A stretch of DNA of 63,855 bases. Source: Heptranchias perlo (lineage: Eukaryota). Below are positions 12,001-25,867 of the stretch, in pieces. Position numbers and translations under genes: made by a program. The DNA lies in the NCBI RefSeq assembly GCF_035084215.1, contig NC_090356.1, positions 17,732,001-17,795,855 of the forward strand, written 5' to 3'. Position 1 is the stretch's first letter. Each line of letters opens with the position of its first letter. The notes beneath the pieces are model-generated. The model ran no database searches. It was given only the letters and a program-made list of their open reading frames with translations, and was not told where the DNA came from.

Positions 12001-15000
12001 ATTTATTTGTGATGCCAGGTTGATTTAAGCTCAGCAGTTTGTAACGCGAGTCAACCCACGCTCTTGGCAATAAATCCGCTGATGTGAAAAATCTTGAACT
12101 AGCAACCTTCCTTATGAAGGGCGTTTGCAACCAGGTCACAACTCATAGGTAACTCTGATCAACCTCATCTCTAATTTGTTGTTTTTGTGATGACTCACAG
12201 GCTCGCCATTGCTATGCAGCACTAAACTCAAGTTAACTAATGAGGCGTCCACTTGTACCTCTCTTCTCTTCCCAGATTTAATTTCCCAACCAATCCTTAC
12301 TTTATTATGAACTAGGTTTCATCTTTGCTAAGATTATCGCTGCTTAGTCCCACAGCAATCATTCTTCTCAAAACGCATGGTTATTTTCATTTTATACACC
12401 TTAGAATCGGTTTCAAGGTTCAGCATTGGAGCCATAATTATTTTTCGTGAATTTTATGCCTATTAAGAACGGGAATGCTAGTGCTGGGGAATGGAAGACT
12501 TGTACACCCTTAATCAAGCACTCTTAGTCAGGTAAAGGAGAAAAAAGGGTAGTATAAAGGTGGATGAGGAGATTTCAGCAGCAGAGAATGTAGTTAGGTG
12601 TCTGCTTCATCCCACCTCTTCTGCAACCATTTACTTCAGCTGGCTGCTCTATACAGCTGAAGATACAAGACACACACCTCAGGAAACTAACACAAATTCA
12701 TAACTGAGGGTTTCCATGATAAATATTCAAAATCATTTTTTTTGCATGGATAACACTAAGCTATAGTCAATTTCACTTTTATTGGTGCAATATAATTATG
12801 AAAGGTTGGGGATGAATGGAAATGGAAATCTTTATGTACTTTATGAAGGATTTGCTTCTCCACAACCAATGTCTGTAATTGTCTCGGTAAAGGCCCCCAT
12901 TATCCCATTTATGTTAAGAAACACACCGAGTAGCAGAAAATAACTTAAAATCAAACTAAAAGTTTGCCGTAATTCTGCCAGGACAACAACTAGACAGTAC
13001 AACTCAGCTCATCATCCTGTGGTTTCACCCCCTGATCACTATTATAGTATTCTGCTCAAAAGTGACCTTCTGTAGGCAGGGCCTGGTCTGGCTGTGATGC
13101 CCTCCAGTGAACACCCTCCCAACACTCATGGTCCAGGCTCACACAAGGTATGGCCCTTCGTCTGAGGTACCAGAGAGCAACTGGAGAAAACTGCTAAATA
13201 AAATTTAGTGAATTACAGCACTGGTTAAATCACAAAGGCATCCCTGCAGCCTGCTTCTGCAACAAGTTATTGAAACAATTAAAACATTTTCTTCCCCCCC
13301 CCCCCAGATTTAAAAGGAGACATTGAAAGATTAATTTTTGTTAAGTTTCCAAACCTTGCTCTATATAATCCTGTCCAGTGGCTTTGAGTAATATTATTGC
13401 TGTTCTAAGCTATTTTCAGGCTCTTAAAAATCTGCTATGTCACACTGCTCCATTTTTGAGTTGCTTCAAAGATGTACATGATCCTCGTACCTCTGCAGCA
13501 GCTTAGAAGAGTGCGAAGGTGATTACCATCTTGTACTGCTGCATATGTCACCAATGGAGGGGTTTCTGGGGTCCTGCAACTCCAGATTGATCCTCAGGCT
13601 GGTCCAAGTTCCCTCTGAGCTCAACTGTATTGCTCCAGGAGCATCCCCATAAAACTACTCAACAAAATGACTCTGGAAGGCAGCAATATCTGAAATGGCA
13701 CATTTCCTTAGCCTGAAAATAGCCTGTAAAATTGACAATAATTACAGATAGGTGTTAGGTATGGTGTATAAAAAACTTTGGGACAGGGAAAGTGCACAAA
13801 GTACTTTTCCCCTTGTGAATCCTCCCCTCCCAGCAGATCCTCCTTTAATCACAGAACATCCCCTTTACCTGTTAAACAAAAATAAAAGTTAAAAGACCAA
13901 TCACAGGCTTATGCAATCCTTGGACAATTTAATTTAAGCCTATATGTCAACTAGGGTTTATTCTAGTAAAAGTGTTAACCAGCAAATCATACCCATTAAT
14001 ATACAGGTAATTTATAGACTGGGGAATCCACATGCTTGTGGACAGGACACTCAGCAAGAATTATTTGAAAATGTACCGTTAACATTTGACTTATAGCAGG
14101 CTCCCTATTACAGAGGTGACTATATAATTTCACTGTAGTAAATCTGCAGTGAACCTTTGCAATTTTGCTCTCCAGTGCAAAGCATTAATTGAGCTGATTT
14201 ACTAGCAGCCTGGACTGCATTTAGCAGCAATACATTATCACACTGTAATTTATTGTTAGCTACATGGTGGTTCTAGATTCCAGAGATTGCACAGAGGGAA
14301 CATTCCAAACCAGGAGCTCAGCTTATAGTCTGACTATAAACACAGGAGTGATTTAAAATGCCCTCTGGGGGAAGGCTGTTGTGGAGAGCAGAGGCCGTGT
14401 GCTGCAATGCTCCTGCTTCACAAGAAAGCAAGAGCTAGCCTTTCTTTTAATAACTCCAGCTGTGGGTGTGTGCTCCTTTGCGCAGCTCCTGTGTGACAAG
14501 TAAAAGGAAAGACTTCCTTAGAAAAAGATTCCTACGACCACAACAATGCTGAAGACAGACGAGAATGTTTCAATAAATGTCCATTTAAGGAGAATATCAA
14601 ATAAACTAAAATCAGGTTTAATTGCATGTTTGATAATTCAACAACTATTTTCAGAACTCCACCTCACTTGCTCATGCCATCAGTGGCCATATTTTACATG
14701 TTTTCCCAGATGAGCCCATCTGTTAATCCTTAGTCCTAAACAGTTTCTCATTTCTATGCACAAATGGATCAAGCGGCACACAATAAATAGGACTCGTTAG
14801 CTCTTTTTATTAATGACGATTCTAGTGTACAAGTTTGTGAAATTAAATAAAGTACAACAATAAGAATCTCTATTACAAGCACACAGGCAGAATTAATCCA
14901 CGGAAAACTGGTACTGTACAGTAAGTGCAGAGTCTGAGAAAATCATCCTAAGGCGGTACAAAGGGAAGGTCCTTATATTTATTGGTCCTGTTAAAAAATT

Positions 15001-15099
15001 AAAATTTCCAAAATTAGTATTAAGTTTAATTCTGCATAATTTAAGGCACAGTGATAATATTCTATTATTATTAAAGAAGCAACACATAAAATGACTTAC

Positions 15100-15112
15100 A
15101 TCTACTGTGCTC
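15100..15112 (-). CDS. MICOS10: Candidate MICOS10 exon 4 / micro-exon (GAGCACAGTAGAT)
   Basis: ttttctttgag|GAGCACAGTAGAT|GTAAGT. Starts with GAG CA, like the usual EQ C-terminus, and has a perfect donor. The TAG is out of frame and the GAG acceptor is atypical. Confidence 0.4.
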
Positions 15113-16779
15113 CTCAAAGAAAACATTGGCATGCTTAACAAATAATAGAAAAGGGTGGACACCAAACTGAGAGAGAGAGAATTGGGAAGAGAGGAGGGCC
15201 TCCAACAGCATAGTCAAAGAGAAGAGTTTTGGAAGGAAGTGGCAAGACAAAAGGATTTGGGAAGAGAATTCCATGATAATCTTACATCCGGGGATGCATT
15301 CCATCAAATTTGTGTTCTTGACACTGCACTTGGGAGCACTAGAGGCCTAGGAACAAATCAGCTTCCTGGCCTCAGCTGGGGAAGCTCTTTGTGTAGAGAG
15401 GAGATACAGAGAGGTTCGAGGGAGAAAAGGTTCGAACAAAGAAGGCTGAAAGGGAGAGGAAGATGGGCACTCTCTCATGGCTGCATAATTAATTCCCATT
15501 TTGAAACATTTATCTTGACCATTCAAGCCTAATTTCAGCTAAAATGCAATACATAGTATCATATCCACCAGACAAGCCCAAATTAAGCTGATAGGAAATT
15601 GCACCTTGTATATACTTTCACATTTGTCTACATGTGAATTATAATTTCAATTTTATTTGGGTTCTAGTAGGATGAACATTCTGCAGGTGAATTTCAGTAT
15701 TTCTGGTTTACTCTGAAGCTTTGAGAGTCACAACTGAGTAAAACAAAGGGACATGCAGCACATACTATTTATCAAAAGCTTAATTGTCCTGCCCTGAAAG
15801 CTCCTCGCTGGGGCCAACTTCATGGGCCTTGACTGCCCTATGATACTTCATCCAAGGGGCCATTCTTCATGCATGACCTTAGACATCGAGTGTTGGTGGG
15901 ATATTCAACTATAGAGGGCATCATTGCAGAGTCCAATCTCGACCTCATGACACCTGCACAATTGCATTTTGTAGCAGAAGCAGGAATCATAACTGCCAAA
16001 CAACCAACCCCCCTCCTCCACTCACAAAGAAATCATTACAATCTTACACCAATCGCAATATAGTCTATTCTGGATAAAAACACACCTGATCCAATTGTTG
16101 CACTTTAATATACAAACCATATTCCACGTAATGTTATTGTAGTTTGATTCAAGAATAAAATGTTCAACTATTCAATTTTTAACAGTTATAATGGAATTTT
16201 AAACACATACATTGAAACAGAGCTCTTGGTTTTAAAAATTAATCAATTTGGAATAAAATATGTTTTTAGTTTGGACCCAATTAGTGAGAGTTAACCAGCC
16301 TGTGTTAGAAAAACTTGTGAAATGGCTATCACTTGAAATTTGTTGAAACTTCCTCAGGAAAAACCTGGTGAGTATTTTGCTAAACTAAGTAATTTATTAA
16401 GATTCAACTACATTAGCAGTATTTTACGTGGATGGCAGTTGGGAAACAAGTGGCCTCACTGCCTTTAGGTCTGGTGCAGGAAAAGCAGCGAACTCCTGAT
16501 CAGTATCCAGCACCCCCTGCTGCAGGGTGCATGTGTGTGAGGATCAGGTAAGGAAGGAGTAAGCCTGCTTCCAATGCTCCCCATAGTTAAATATATCTTC
16601 CTTGTGGGACAGTGAGATCTAGAAGGCATGGTTCAGTGGTAGGATGTCCTACAGCTTTGCAAGGCCAGTAAGGGGCTCCTTCCTGTAAATATTCTGCAAA
16701 TGTGAGATTCAAGGGAAATGGAGGAAACACATGTCTAAGGAAAGGAGAGACCATCTATCCTTTGAGCTAACTTGTCAAT

Positions 16780-17200
16780 GATCCTTGAGCAGAAACAGAG
16801 GAGCCGGTCATTGTCCATGACCCATATTGGAATTGCAAGTCAGCCAATGGAGCAAGATTCCTCAGGGCACTGACCTCACTCCTGTGTCCATGGCATCCAA
16901 TGCAGAATAGTCTTGGTACAGACAAGATTGTGGGCTGCCTTTCCTATAATCTGCAGCTGTGGCACCCCATGCTGATCAAACCCTATCCAGTAGAATTCAT
17001 GACAGGATTCAATCCTGAAAAATGACTGCCTGATTGCCAAACTCCTGAATTGCCAGAGATAAAGTGGACCAGTAGGTTTTGTCTTCATTGACCATAATTC
17101 CAAGCTGCTTACATATGACAGCACAAACTCCCTTGGCAAGGGCCCAACAGAAGCTGAAGGAATGGGCTGTTGAGAGATTGTTTGATTCTCAGTATCATCT
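16780..17200 (-). mobile_element. Possible DIRS/Ngaro-type RT-RNaseH fossil
   Basis: The minus strand reads VICKQLGIMVNEDKT, then after a frameshift TGP, like the Ngaro C..LG.P.A.EKT.GP motif. Weak IWG-like RNaseH trace downstream. Confidence 0.4.
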
Positions 17201-17251
17201 GCCCTAATATTGAGCAAAATCACAAAATTAAAATTCAGTATCTGTACTCAC

Positions 17252-17361
17252 TTTGACAAACTTTCCGTGCAAGAGATATGGAGACTGGAAATCATTCTGG
17301 CAGTTAGCATAGGCCATTCCTATACCCATTCCTGCACCAAAAGTAATAGGCCATATGCGCC
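17252..17361 (-). CDS. MICOS10: MICOS10 coding exon 3, (R)[36 protein letters not shown]
   Basis: 110-nt exon with tttcttgtgtttag| acceptor and |GTGAGT donor. Completes the KRR loop and encodes the second GxGxGxG helix and the typical [15 protein letters not shown] tail. Confidence 0.97.
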
Positions 17362-17877
17362 CTAAACACAAGAAAAAATAACATTAGGCTAAATGTAAAT
17401 ACCTAGAACATGGAATTGGTTAAATATATTTTTTACAATCTACTTAACTCTGAATTTCTACAACTGATTCATTTGATTTTTGTTTGATACCCTCTCCCTG
17501 CCTCTTCTGAAGGCACAGACTTGAGCTGGCATTTGGTTCCATAGCCACACTCAGCCATTGCGCACCTCACTCAAATCACCATTCTTCATGTACGCGTTTA
17601 GACAGTGAGTGTCAGTACGCTATTCAACCAGGGGGAGCAACATAGCCCAGCCTGATTCTTACCTCACACGGCATTAATTTGCTAGCAGGGGTTACTGGAT
17701 AGTGTCAGCACTTCCCACAATATTGCTGAGTCATCCATTAGGAAGCACAACAGCAGTCTCAGAATGACCCCAGCCTCCAGTCTATATGCTCCCCGAATTT
17801 TCCTTCTCTCCATTACGACACTCACAATCATTTACTGTTCCATATATGCTCCATAAACAGTAAATAACAATACTTAC

Positions 17878-17925
17878 GCTTAAAAGCGATGACAGAAAGT
17901 ACAATTCCTAAGCCAAGGCCAGCAC
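17878..17925 (-). CDS. MICOS10: MICOS10 coding exon 2, (G)AGLGLGIVLSVIAFK-R
   Basis: 48-nt exon with ttctcag| acceptor and |GTAAGT donor, phase 1 to phase 1. Encodes the first GxGxGxG transmembrane helix of Mic10. Confidence 0.96.
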
Positions 17926-18549
17926 CTGAGAATATAACAGAAAATAGAAGTATAAAAATGGCTCAAAATTTAACCATCAAAAACTAAAGTGCACCAGTTC
18001 TAAAAACTGCTCGAATCAGTGGCATTGCAGCATTTAATATTACTGTACACTCACAACTCTAAGTCATTTATGTATGTTTTGTAGCTTTTCTCAAATAACC
18101 TGATATCTACCCCATCAATACTGGACTAGTCTATAGACCTCTCCCCTCCCCCACCCTGATGATTTTTGAGGCCAGAGAGGCGCAGGGGGTGTTAAGTAAG
18201 TTCTGGCTTTTCATCTTGAAAGAGAATCTTCCTTAGGGGCAACTAACACAATTACAACTTGGAGTCAAGTCATGGTGTTCAACAAATTGCAGGAACTACT
18301 GCAGGGGAAAAAACTTCCGCCCGCACAACTGTGAATTTTAGCTTGTCTGGCACTATTAGTCTTAACAGATTGATTGTATAAAGAAAGACAGGTACCTACT
18401 AACCCAAACTAATAAATGAACACACTTCAACTCAGTGCTAATTAGCTCCACGTCAAAGACTTTAAGACCAGATCTACCCGCTCCCGAAAAAAAGTTTACA
18501 GTTTTTGTATTTTTATATCAAGGGCTCCCTGAAGGCTTGATGAGCTTAT

Positions 18550-18900
18550 CAGGGATGTAGCCGAGACATACAAACTAGGAGGTCCCAGATTCAATTCTTG
18601 GTCTATGCTGAGTTAGTTGATCCAGGGCAATACTCCGGAGAAAGGGAAAACAGAGCTGAGGGGTCCGGCTTTCCGCTTCGTATAGTTATCGAGTGACACC
18701 CGGTAGAAGTGGACATTGGCTGAGGACAGAACCAAGCTTAGCTGTGATGTCCCTAGTAGTCGCATAGCCTGCTGAAACTCTCAGTCCATGCTCACACATG
18801 AATATCATGCACTTGGGTGAGGTACTGGAAGCCAACCTAGATCTGTGGTACTGCACCTCAGCAAGGAGTCAATGCCTTGAGGGGAGAAAATTTGGCAAGA
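18550..18900 (+). mobile_element. Old abundant SINE-like family of about 350 bp (representative copy)
   Basis: Shared motifs ggtcccag.ttcaat, gctgtgatg.cc, atagcctgc, gctcacacatgaa and cacttgggtgaggtac recur at about 4110-4400, 9300-9500, 11710-11940, 13010-13190, 15790-16030, 17490-17700, 30920-31140, 31380-31720, 32240-32590, 60270-60430 and 61960-62175. Family name not determined. Confidence 0.7.
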
Positions 18901-21439
18901 AAAGGGAGGGAAAAGAGATTAAATACATCATTTTGGAGGATGGGGCGAAGAGATAAGAAGTAAGTTTTCTAAACAAATCAATTACTGGTTAAAAGGAATT
19001 GGAAAATATAATGCACGTACAACAATCTCACATCCAGCTGTTACCTCACAGCCGTCAGCAGACCTCTCTACCACAATTTTAGAGCACAGAACCAGTAATA
19101 GAATTTCAGACTGTTAAATTCAACATTTATTTTGTGAAATATGCTAGACATTTTCAAAGCCAGTGTAAAAAATATTTACTCAATATTTAACTTGCTAATA
19201 AACTTGTCTAATAGTTTTAAACTTTATGTGCACATTATGTCGCAGCCACAAACAAGCCAATTTGCATCTTCCACTGGAGATTTTGGTAATTAGATCAGTA
19301 AGAATTTGAGAACTTGTTTAACTTTTTTGTTCAAGCATTTTTGAACCTCAAAGCCCACTACAATTAACAATTTCCTAAAATACCATGCACAGAAATTATA
19401 CCTAACTAGTACAAGTTAACCATCAACAAGAATGTACAAAATAGGGAAACATTTCGACCTTTAACCTTCATCTCTGCTGCACACCACCTGTCTCCCAGAC
19501 AGAGATGCATTAAGGTCTTTTTCTGTTGCCCTTAACCCTAGGGCTGGGGCCCACAAGAAGGGACTTTATAAAGAGGTCAAGTCTGCATTTTGCAACACAT
19601 CTTTGTCTTTTTAAGTATATATGTATTATTTCATTCTCCTCTGTTGGAAACTGACTTTTACTCTAAATATTTAAAAACAGTGTTATGAAAAATTTATAAA
19701 CTTTACAAAAATAAGCTTTGCACAAGGAATTATTTCATCAGGAGAAAAGCAACCTGGGTATGCAGTCAGTCAGTGCTGCTGTAGGCTAATTTATTTATGT
19801 AGTGTTCACATTTGGATTGCAAAGCCATTTATGTATTGGAGTGGAATCATATAGAAAACACTATGTAAACTGCAAATATGCTAAAAGAAAAGGGGATGAA
19901 CTTCTGTACTTACTGCTTAAATATGTTGTACGGATGAGGCTTTGTTTACTCTTTAATGTAGAGAAACACATTAAAACATGTATGCAGTCCTGAATAACTA
20001 AAACATAGTAGACTGAAAGAGTTTTGTGGCATTTTGGAATCTGCCATCGAGAGGCCTCAGAATGGAACCTTTGTAATCAGAATTAAAATCAAACTGTTAT
20101 GTTTCAGTGCTGTCCAGATGATCTATAACCAAATTTATCAATATATTCCAAACTGCTTTAACCTGATTGTACAAGTAGTTTATGCCTGAGATTATCTGAT
20201 TAGATGAGAGATAGTGGGCACCACGCTGCTACTACTAGTGAATCCTAATCTGCAACTCTACATTATATGCAGCACAGATACAAGGCTGGTAGACAAGGAA
20301 TAAATAACTCCAAGCTAAACAGCAAGAACAAAGATCAGAGATTTCAGAGGCCAGTCCTGCCAAGCTTCATTGTTTGGAAGAAAATATATACAGGTTAAAT
20401 ATAAAACTCACTGTTTAACTCAAACTATATTTAGTACATATGCAAGCTATTCCCAATGACAACCGAGCTGGGTGTACATGATACCTACCGTCAATGGTAA
20501 CTCTTCTTACAAAGCCATCACTAGGCTTTGGCCAGGTGGCCATGATCGGAAGGAACATTGCTGATTCAGTCATTATAGCCCAGCCCAGGGCTGGTTGGGA
20601 GCACGTTCTTCTTTCAAAATTGAGGCAGTCTTAATTCCATCAGCACAAAGTACATTGCTGAACACAATCAAACTGTGATTGATTATAAAAACTGCATTTG
20701 TTACATCTTACAAATTAGAAACCAATACACAAAATAATATTTTGAAAGGCATTTATATAAACCTTACCACATCTTTGGGGAATGTCTCAAAGTGCTTCAC
20801 TTACAGATAAATAATTTAAAATACAGCAGCTTCCGTAGGCAAATGCAACACGTGGATAAAAGCCTGCTCTTCTAATAGGGCTAAGTGGGGATTTCTTGAC
20901 CTGAACAGGTAGATGCGGTTATCCTCAACTGAAGGATAGCACCTCTTGCAATTCAGCATCTCCTCAATATAGCATTAGAGCATCCGCCATGATTGCACTG
21001 TAGTCTGAGTGGTGCTGAGACCCTTAACTTTCTGTCTCAAAAAGGTGATAGCTGAGCCAAGCTAACACATTTTGAAGTTATATGCCCAAGATAGTAACAA
21101 TTTTTGATCTATCCCTGTAACCCTCTAGCCCCTGCCCCCAAACTCTCTGTTCCTTCAACTCTGGCCTCTTGAGCATCCCTCCCCCTTCACCCCACCGTCG
21201 ACAGCCATGCCTTTAGCCACCTTGACCCCACTCTCTGGAATTCTCTCCCTAAGCCCCTGGACCTTCACCTCCTCCTTAAAACTCACCTTTTGGTCACCCC
21301 TACCAGTATCTGCTTCCTTGGTTTGAACATTTTTTGATTATGTCTACAGTACTGTGGAATGTTTTTCTACATTATAGGTGCTATACAAATATAAGTTTTT
21401 GTCGTTGTTTATGTAAAATTCTTTTCATAGTGTTGGTTT

Positions 21440-22180
21440 CCTGGTCTATAAGCCTTGACCCCACACCTCAACTTGGAAAAATCTCTGTACTCGGTACCAG
21501 TGGTGGTACAGGGATCCAGGCTGTGGATGGAGGGCCACGTGAGTGAATTTTTAAACTGTGTTGCAAAAAAGTTCTCTTCCTTCCCCCTTCCGGATCAGTT
21601 TCAAGTAGCAGGAATACATGACATGCAATCTGGTGAAGGCACTGTTAACAAGTACAGTGAAAAAGGAATGGTCCATCTCGCCCTTAAGGTGGAAACTTCA
21701 GAGAGTTAATCTATAACAGGGCTGAAAATCTTCTACCCAACTAAAGACACGGTGAAGCTAATTTTGAAGGCACACAGAATCTCTATTTCCACATGCCCAG
21801 AAAATACAAATGCATCAAGAGGAGCCTGGGAAAGAGTCCCGGGACAAACCCTATCTGACGATGACTAGGATTCGATTTGTAAGGCAACCTGTAATAAACT
21901 GAAAGACAGAAATTAAAATCAACCTCAGGAATTCTCGCACAAGGAATTGCACTTGTGGAATTTCTGCTGAGCCTTTACACCGTGACATACCTCCCTTGCT
22001 CCTCCCAAGACACTTAATACTGGCAGGCTGTTGGGTTTTCTCATAACTGCACCCGGTCGGTACACCCCCTCGAGGTGGGGGGCAGAAGTCCCCTCTGCCC
22101 CCACCACACCAATGTGGTTGAGGCACCGTGGAAGATTGCCCAGTCTGAGGAAATATATTCCATGCGACTGAACCAGTGCC
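21440..22180 (+). mobile_element. Highly decayed L1-clade ORF2 C-terminal remnant
   Basis: AWERVPGQTLSDDD*DSICK at about 21823-21883 and LITA...RWG..P...PMWL...IAQSEEIY resemble fish L1 ORF2 tails. Confidence 0.5.
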
Positions 22181-24649
22181 TGGCTAGAACAGCCCTGCAT
22201 AAGTCACATGCTAAGCACCCAGAATATGCTCCACCCCACCCAAATAGGCTAACCAGCAAAGCACTGGTGATAATCAAAACCCACTAAGCATTGATAGTGT
22301 TTGAGCACATATTAATGCCAATGATAGCCCCAGGGTCATCTTCAACTTCAAAACCTCAGCAAAGCTCGCTTACTACCCTAATGTATCGTATGTACATTGT
22401 GGCACAGTATTATACACCGTAAATAGAACGGATGTTAATGCATTGCAGCGGAACAACTGCAAGAAAATATTTTTTTTAAAATATAATTTAATTCTGTTAC
22501 CAGACAGATTTCAAGAGAAAGGCAATTTTTAGCTATGAGGGTCATGAAAGTAATGCCCTGTTGGGAGCAAGATGGAAACTTCTGATTACCCAAATCCATG
22601 GAGTATCAACAATGAATGAACTTCGTAGGGTGCAAGTAAAAGGTTTAATGGAATTAGATGAGTTGCTAAGGAAAAACTGGCCTTGAACAACAAACATCTA
22701 GTAGTACAGCAGGCGAATGTCTGAACCCCATAGAATTAGCAGCAGAGAGAAGAGTCTTACTAACTTTTTCCCGTCAGAAACTCTGTACGGTATGGGGCAA
22801 GGGGCCAGCAACAAGAAACAGTTCTATAGATTATAACTTATCAGCCGTCCTTCTATAAATTACATAACTGCTCTCTCTAAACCATTACTTAACCTTCTAA
22901 AAAAAATCTAACCATGTCCTTTTGTGAGGACATGAAGGTAGGAGAGAACTATTTCAGCTTCACTATTTTGTCGTTGTATTGATACACCTGGAATGTATGA
23001 TTTGCTTTCTAGACTGAAGTCAATTTCACCTCCAACTTCAGGGCCTGTAACAGGCCTCCCTCCACCCCATTAAATGCTTCAGGGCTAACAGCATCACATT
23101 GTGACCACCAGTCCATCAATACATGCACACTACACCAAACATCAGTAACATCCCAATGCATAGTGGCACACTACAATTAGTACTTTCAGTCGAGGCAGTC
23201 ACATTGGACAATCTATCGCAAGTCACAAACAACAGGCATCTGAAAAGGGGAATCAGGATATGTGCACTAGAGAAAGTTACAGGTAATATCAATGCACCAA
23301 GAGAAAGTTTACCAGAAAACTAGGCAATTGCATAAGACCATTGATCAAATGGGGAATATAGGCAATTCCCAAATGGCTACACTGTAGCCCACCATAGATA
23401 AAATAGCAATCACAGATGCTTGAATTATCAGGAGTGACCTAACGAATAATCTTACATATGATCAGTTCTAGCGAACTGAGATTAGACAAGGATTGTTGTC
23501 ACTTCTGAGGGAAGGTAAGTGAAATAAACCAAGATGGTCACGCAAACATCCCAGAAGCCACCTAAACAGCACTGACAGAGATGCAAGACACATGTTGCTT
23601 TATGTATGTCTCACAAAGCAGTTTTATAAGAGATCTGTATTAGGTCAACTGCAGCGCTTGGGAAAGTAAAATTATTAACGATTACAAGGCTACTTTCTGA
23701 ACCACATCTAAAGTAACCAGTGCTAACATGAAAAACAGAAAATCAACTGTAGGGTGCTGTTGATTGTAGGTTCCTGCACCTGTCTCCAATTCAGCTTGCT
23801 CATGGACAAACTAGTCTCAATGGTGGTTAATTAAACAGGTTATATTCTAAAAAGTTTGTGTCCAAGATAATAAATAGCAGCTCAGATTTGCAAGCAGTGA
23901 AAGAGGAATTAGCATAGAGCTGCAAAAAAATTTAAAATTGACTGAAGATTCACTCATTTTAGGATGCAGTTCACTTTTACCATCAGTAGCATCTAGCAAG
24001 GCACGGAGAAGATGGAAGTAAAATTACATTTCCCCTCTCCCCACAACACCCAAAATAACAAAATCTCATTGCTGGGTTAGCCCACTTAAGAATAATTATT
24101 TTAGAAGCGTGACTGCTTCAGTCAACTGCAGAATTGTCTTTAGAGAAGTGCAGAAATTTAGTAGCAAAGCCTGGTTCAATTTTCACCTCAGTATTAAAAA
24201 TCAAATATATGGGAAAGGTCACAGAGAGTGGTCTTAGCAACAGCTTTAACATTTACAGGGTCTACTAGGTTCCGGCTTTTGCACACAATTTCCATTATAT
24301 GGCAACACATTGCCTAAAATACTGTCCACACGAGTAAAATGTAATTAATTACACCACGACCCTACAGATGGTTTTACTGTGATTTTGCTCCCAAGTCAAG
24401 CTTTAACTCCATAGCAGTTACACAATAAAGGTTAAATTGGCAATAAAATACAAATGATTCAGTTTTGTTTTTGTTTAGAATGCTGACAGCATTTTGTGCG
24501 ATGTCTCTCAAAGAAAATACCTCCATGAAAAGCCATACAAATAAATTAACTACTGAACACTTTGATCTCAAACAATTTGCCCTGAAATCTGTAGTGACAT
24601 GCTCTTTGGAAATGAGATCTACATTTTCAACAGTGCCCAAATCAGTGCT

Positions 24650-25200
24650 TTTCTGTATGGTTTAAATTGCTGGAAAGGTCTGAAAGAACTTTAAAACATC
24701 CAAAGGTTCAAAAGCACAAGTATGAAGGGAATTTTGAAGACCAGCAGCAACGAGTGGTCGAACAGGTTGGATGTCAGGAGGTTATTCTTTTCCCAGAGAA
24801 TAGTGGACCTCTGAAACAGGCTGCCGTCTCATGCGGTAGACATCGATTTGCTGAATTCCTTCAAGCGAGAGCTGGACCTGTTTCTGGCTGGGGCAGAGAT
24901 CACCTCTTACAAAAGGTAGGTACTGCATAGAATTATCAGGGCCAGAGAGATCTCATGGACTTGTTACTTGTTTCAATTGCCCTGGGGTGGGGGGGGGGGG
25001 GGTCAGAGAGGAATTTCCCAGATTTTTTCCCCCCAAATTGGCCTGGGTTTTTAAATCTAGTTTTTTGCCTCTCCCAGGAGATCACATGGCTTCGGGTGGG
25101 GTATATATATAATATACACACATACACACAAGGTATAAACAATTGTGTGGGACAGGCTAGATGGACCAGAGGGTCTTTTCCTGTACATCATTGTTCGTTT
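24650..25200 (+). mobile_element. Degenerate CR1-type 3' end with longer 3'UTR
   Basis: QRVV..W and F..ELD.FL-like remnants, ending ggctagatggaccagagggtcttttcctg. Confidence 0.6.
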
Positions 25201-25867
25201 GTAAGAGGAGACTCCAATCACAATTTTATGATCATGTACCTAGAATGAATGATAGATGTCTAGCAATCCCAAGGAGCAAGCTGGCTTGGCAGACCATAAG
25301 ATAAATGGTGCACGAAAAATAATCGTAATCTCAACGCAAATGAAACATCAAGAACACCACAGGATTGAAATGGAGTGTCACCTTATTGCTGTCCCACAGA
25401 CCATATGAAGCGGAGGAAGGTTAAGCAAAGTTTAAGTATATTTCACTAAAGCTACTTCATTTGAAAATTAGGAAAAAAACCTAGACCACTTCAAATACTT
25501 AGAACAGATCTAAATTAGAAGGGGCACTTCAAGACAAATCATTTTGAACAGAAGCTAACGAAGTCCCTTAATAGTTCACATTCTGTACTTCAATTCATGA
25601 TTTATAATCAAAAGTACACACCTCAAATGACTGAACAAAATACCTCTACGACAGCTACATTCAATTATTGTTTCTTGTTAAGTTGCACTTCTGTGGAATT
25701 CTATAACTGAGTAGCACATGAAATACATGTACATCAACAGACTTAACAGGCATTGTCTATTCTGTTCTGCGGGCCCACACCCAGTAGCAATTTGGATATA
25801 GGCTGCCAAATCAAATTCCCTCCCGCTCACATGCACACAGAAACAGGCATACACAGACAGAGTGCGC

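Noticed and set aside
14349-14435. Alternative MICOS10 last exon (gcag|GAG CAT TGC..., EHCSTRP...)
   Set aside because: The polypyrimidine tract is interrupted by an upstream AG and the tail is unlike Mic10; not supportable without RNA data.
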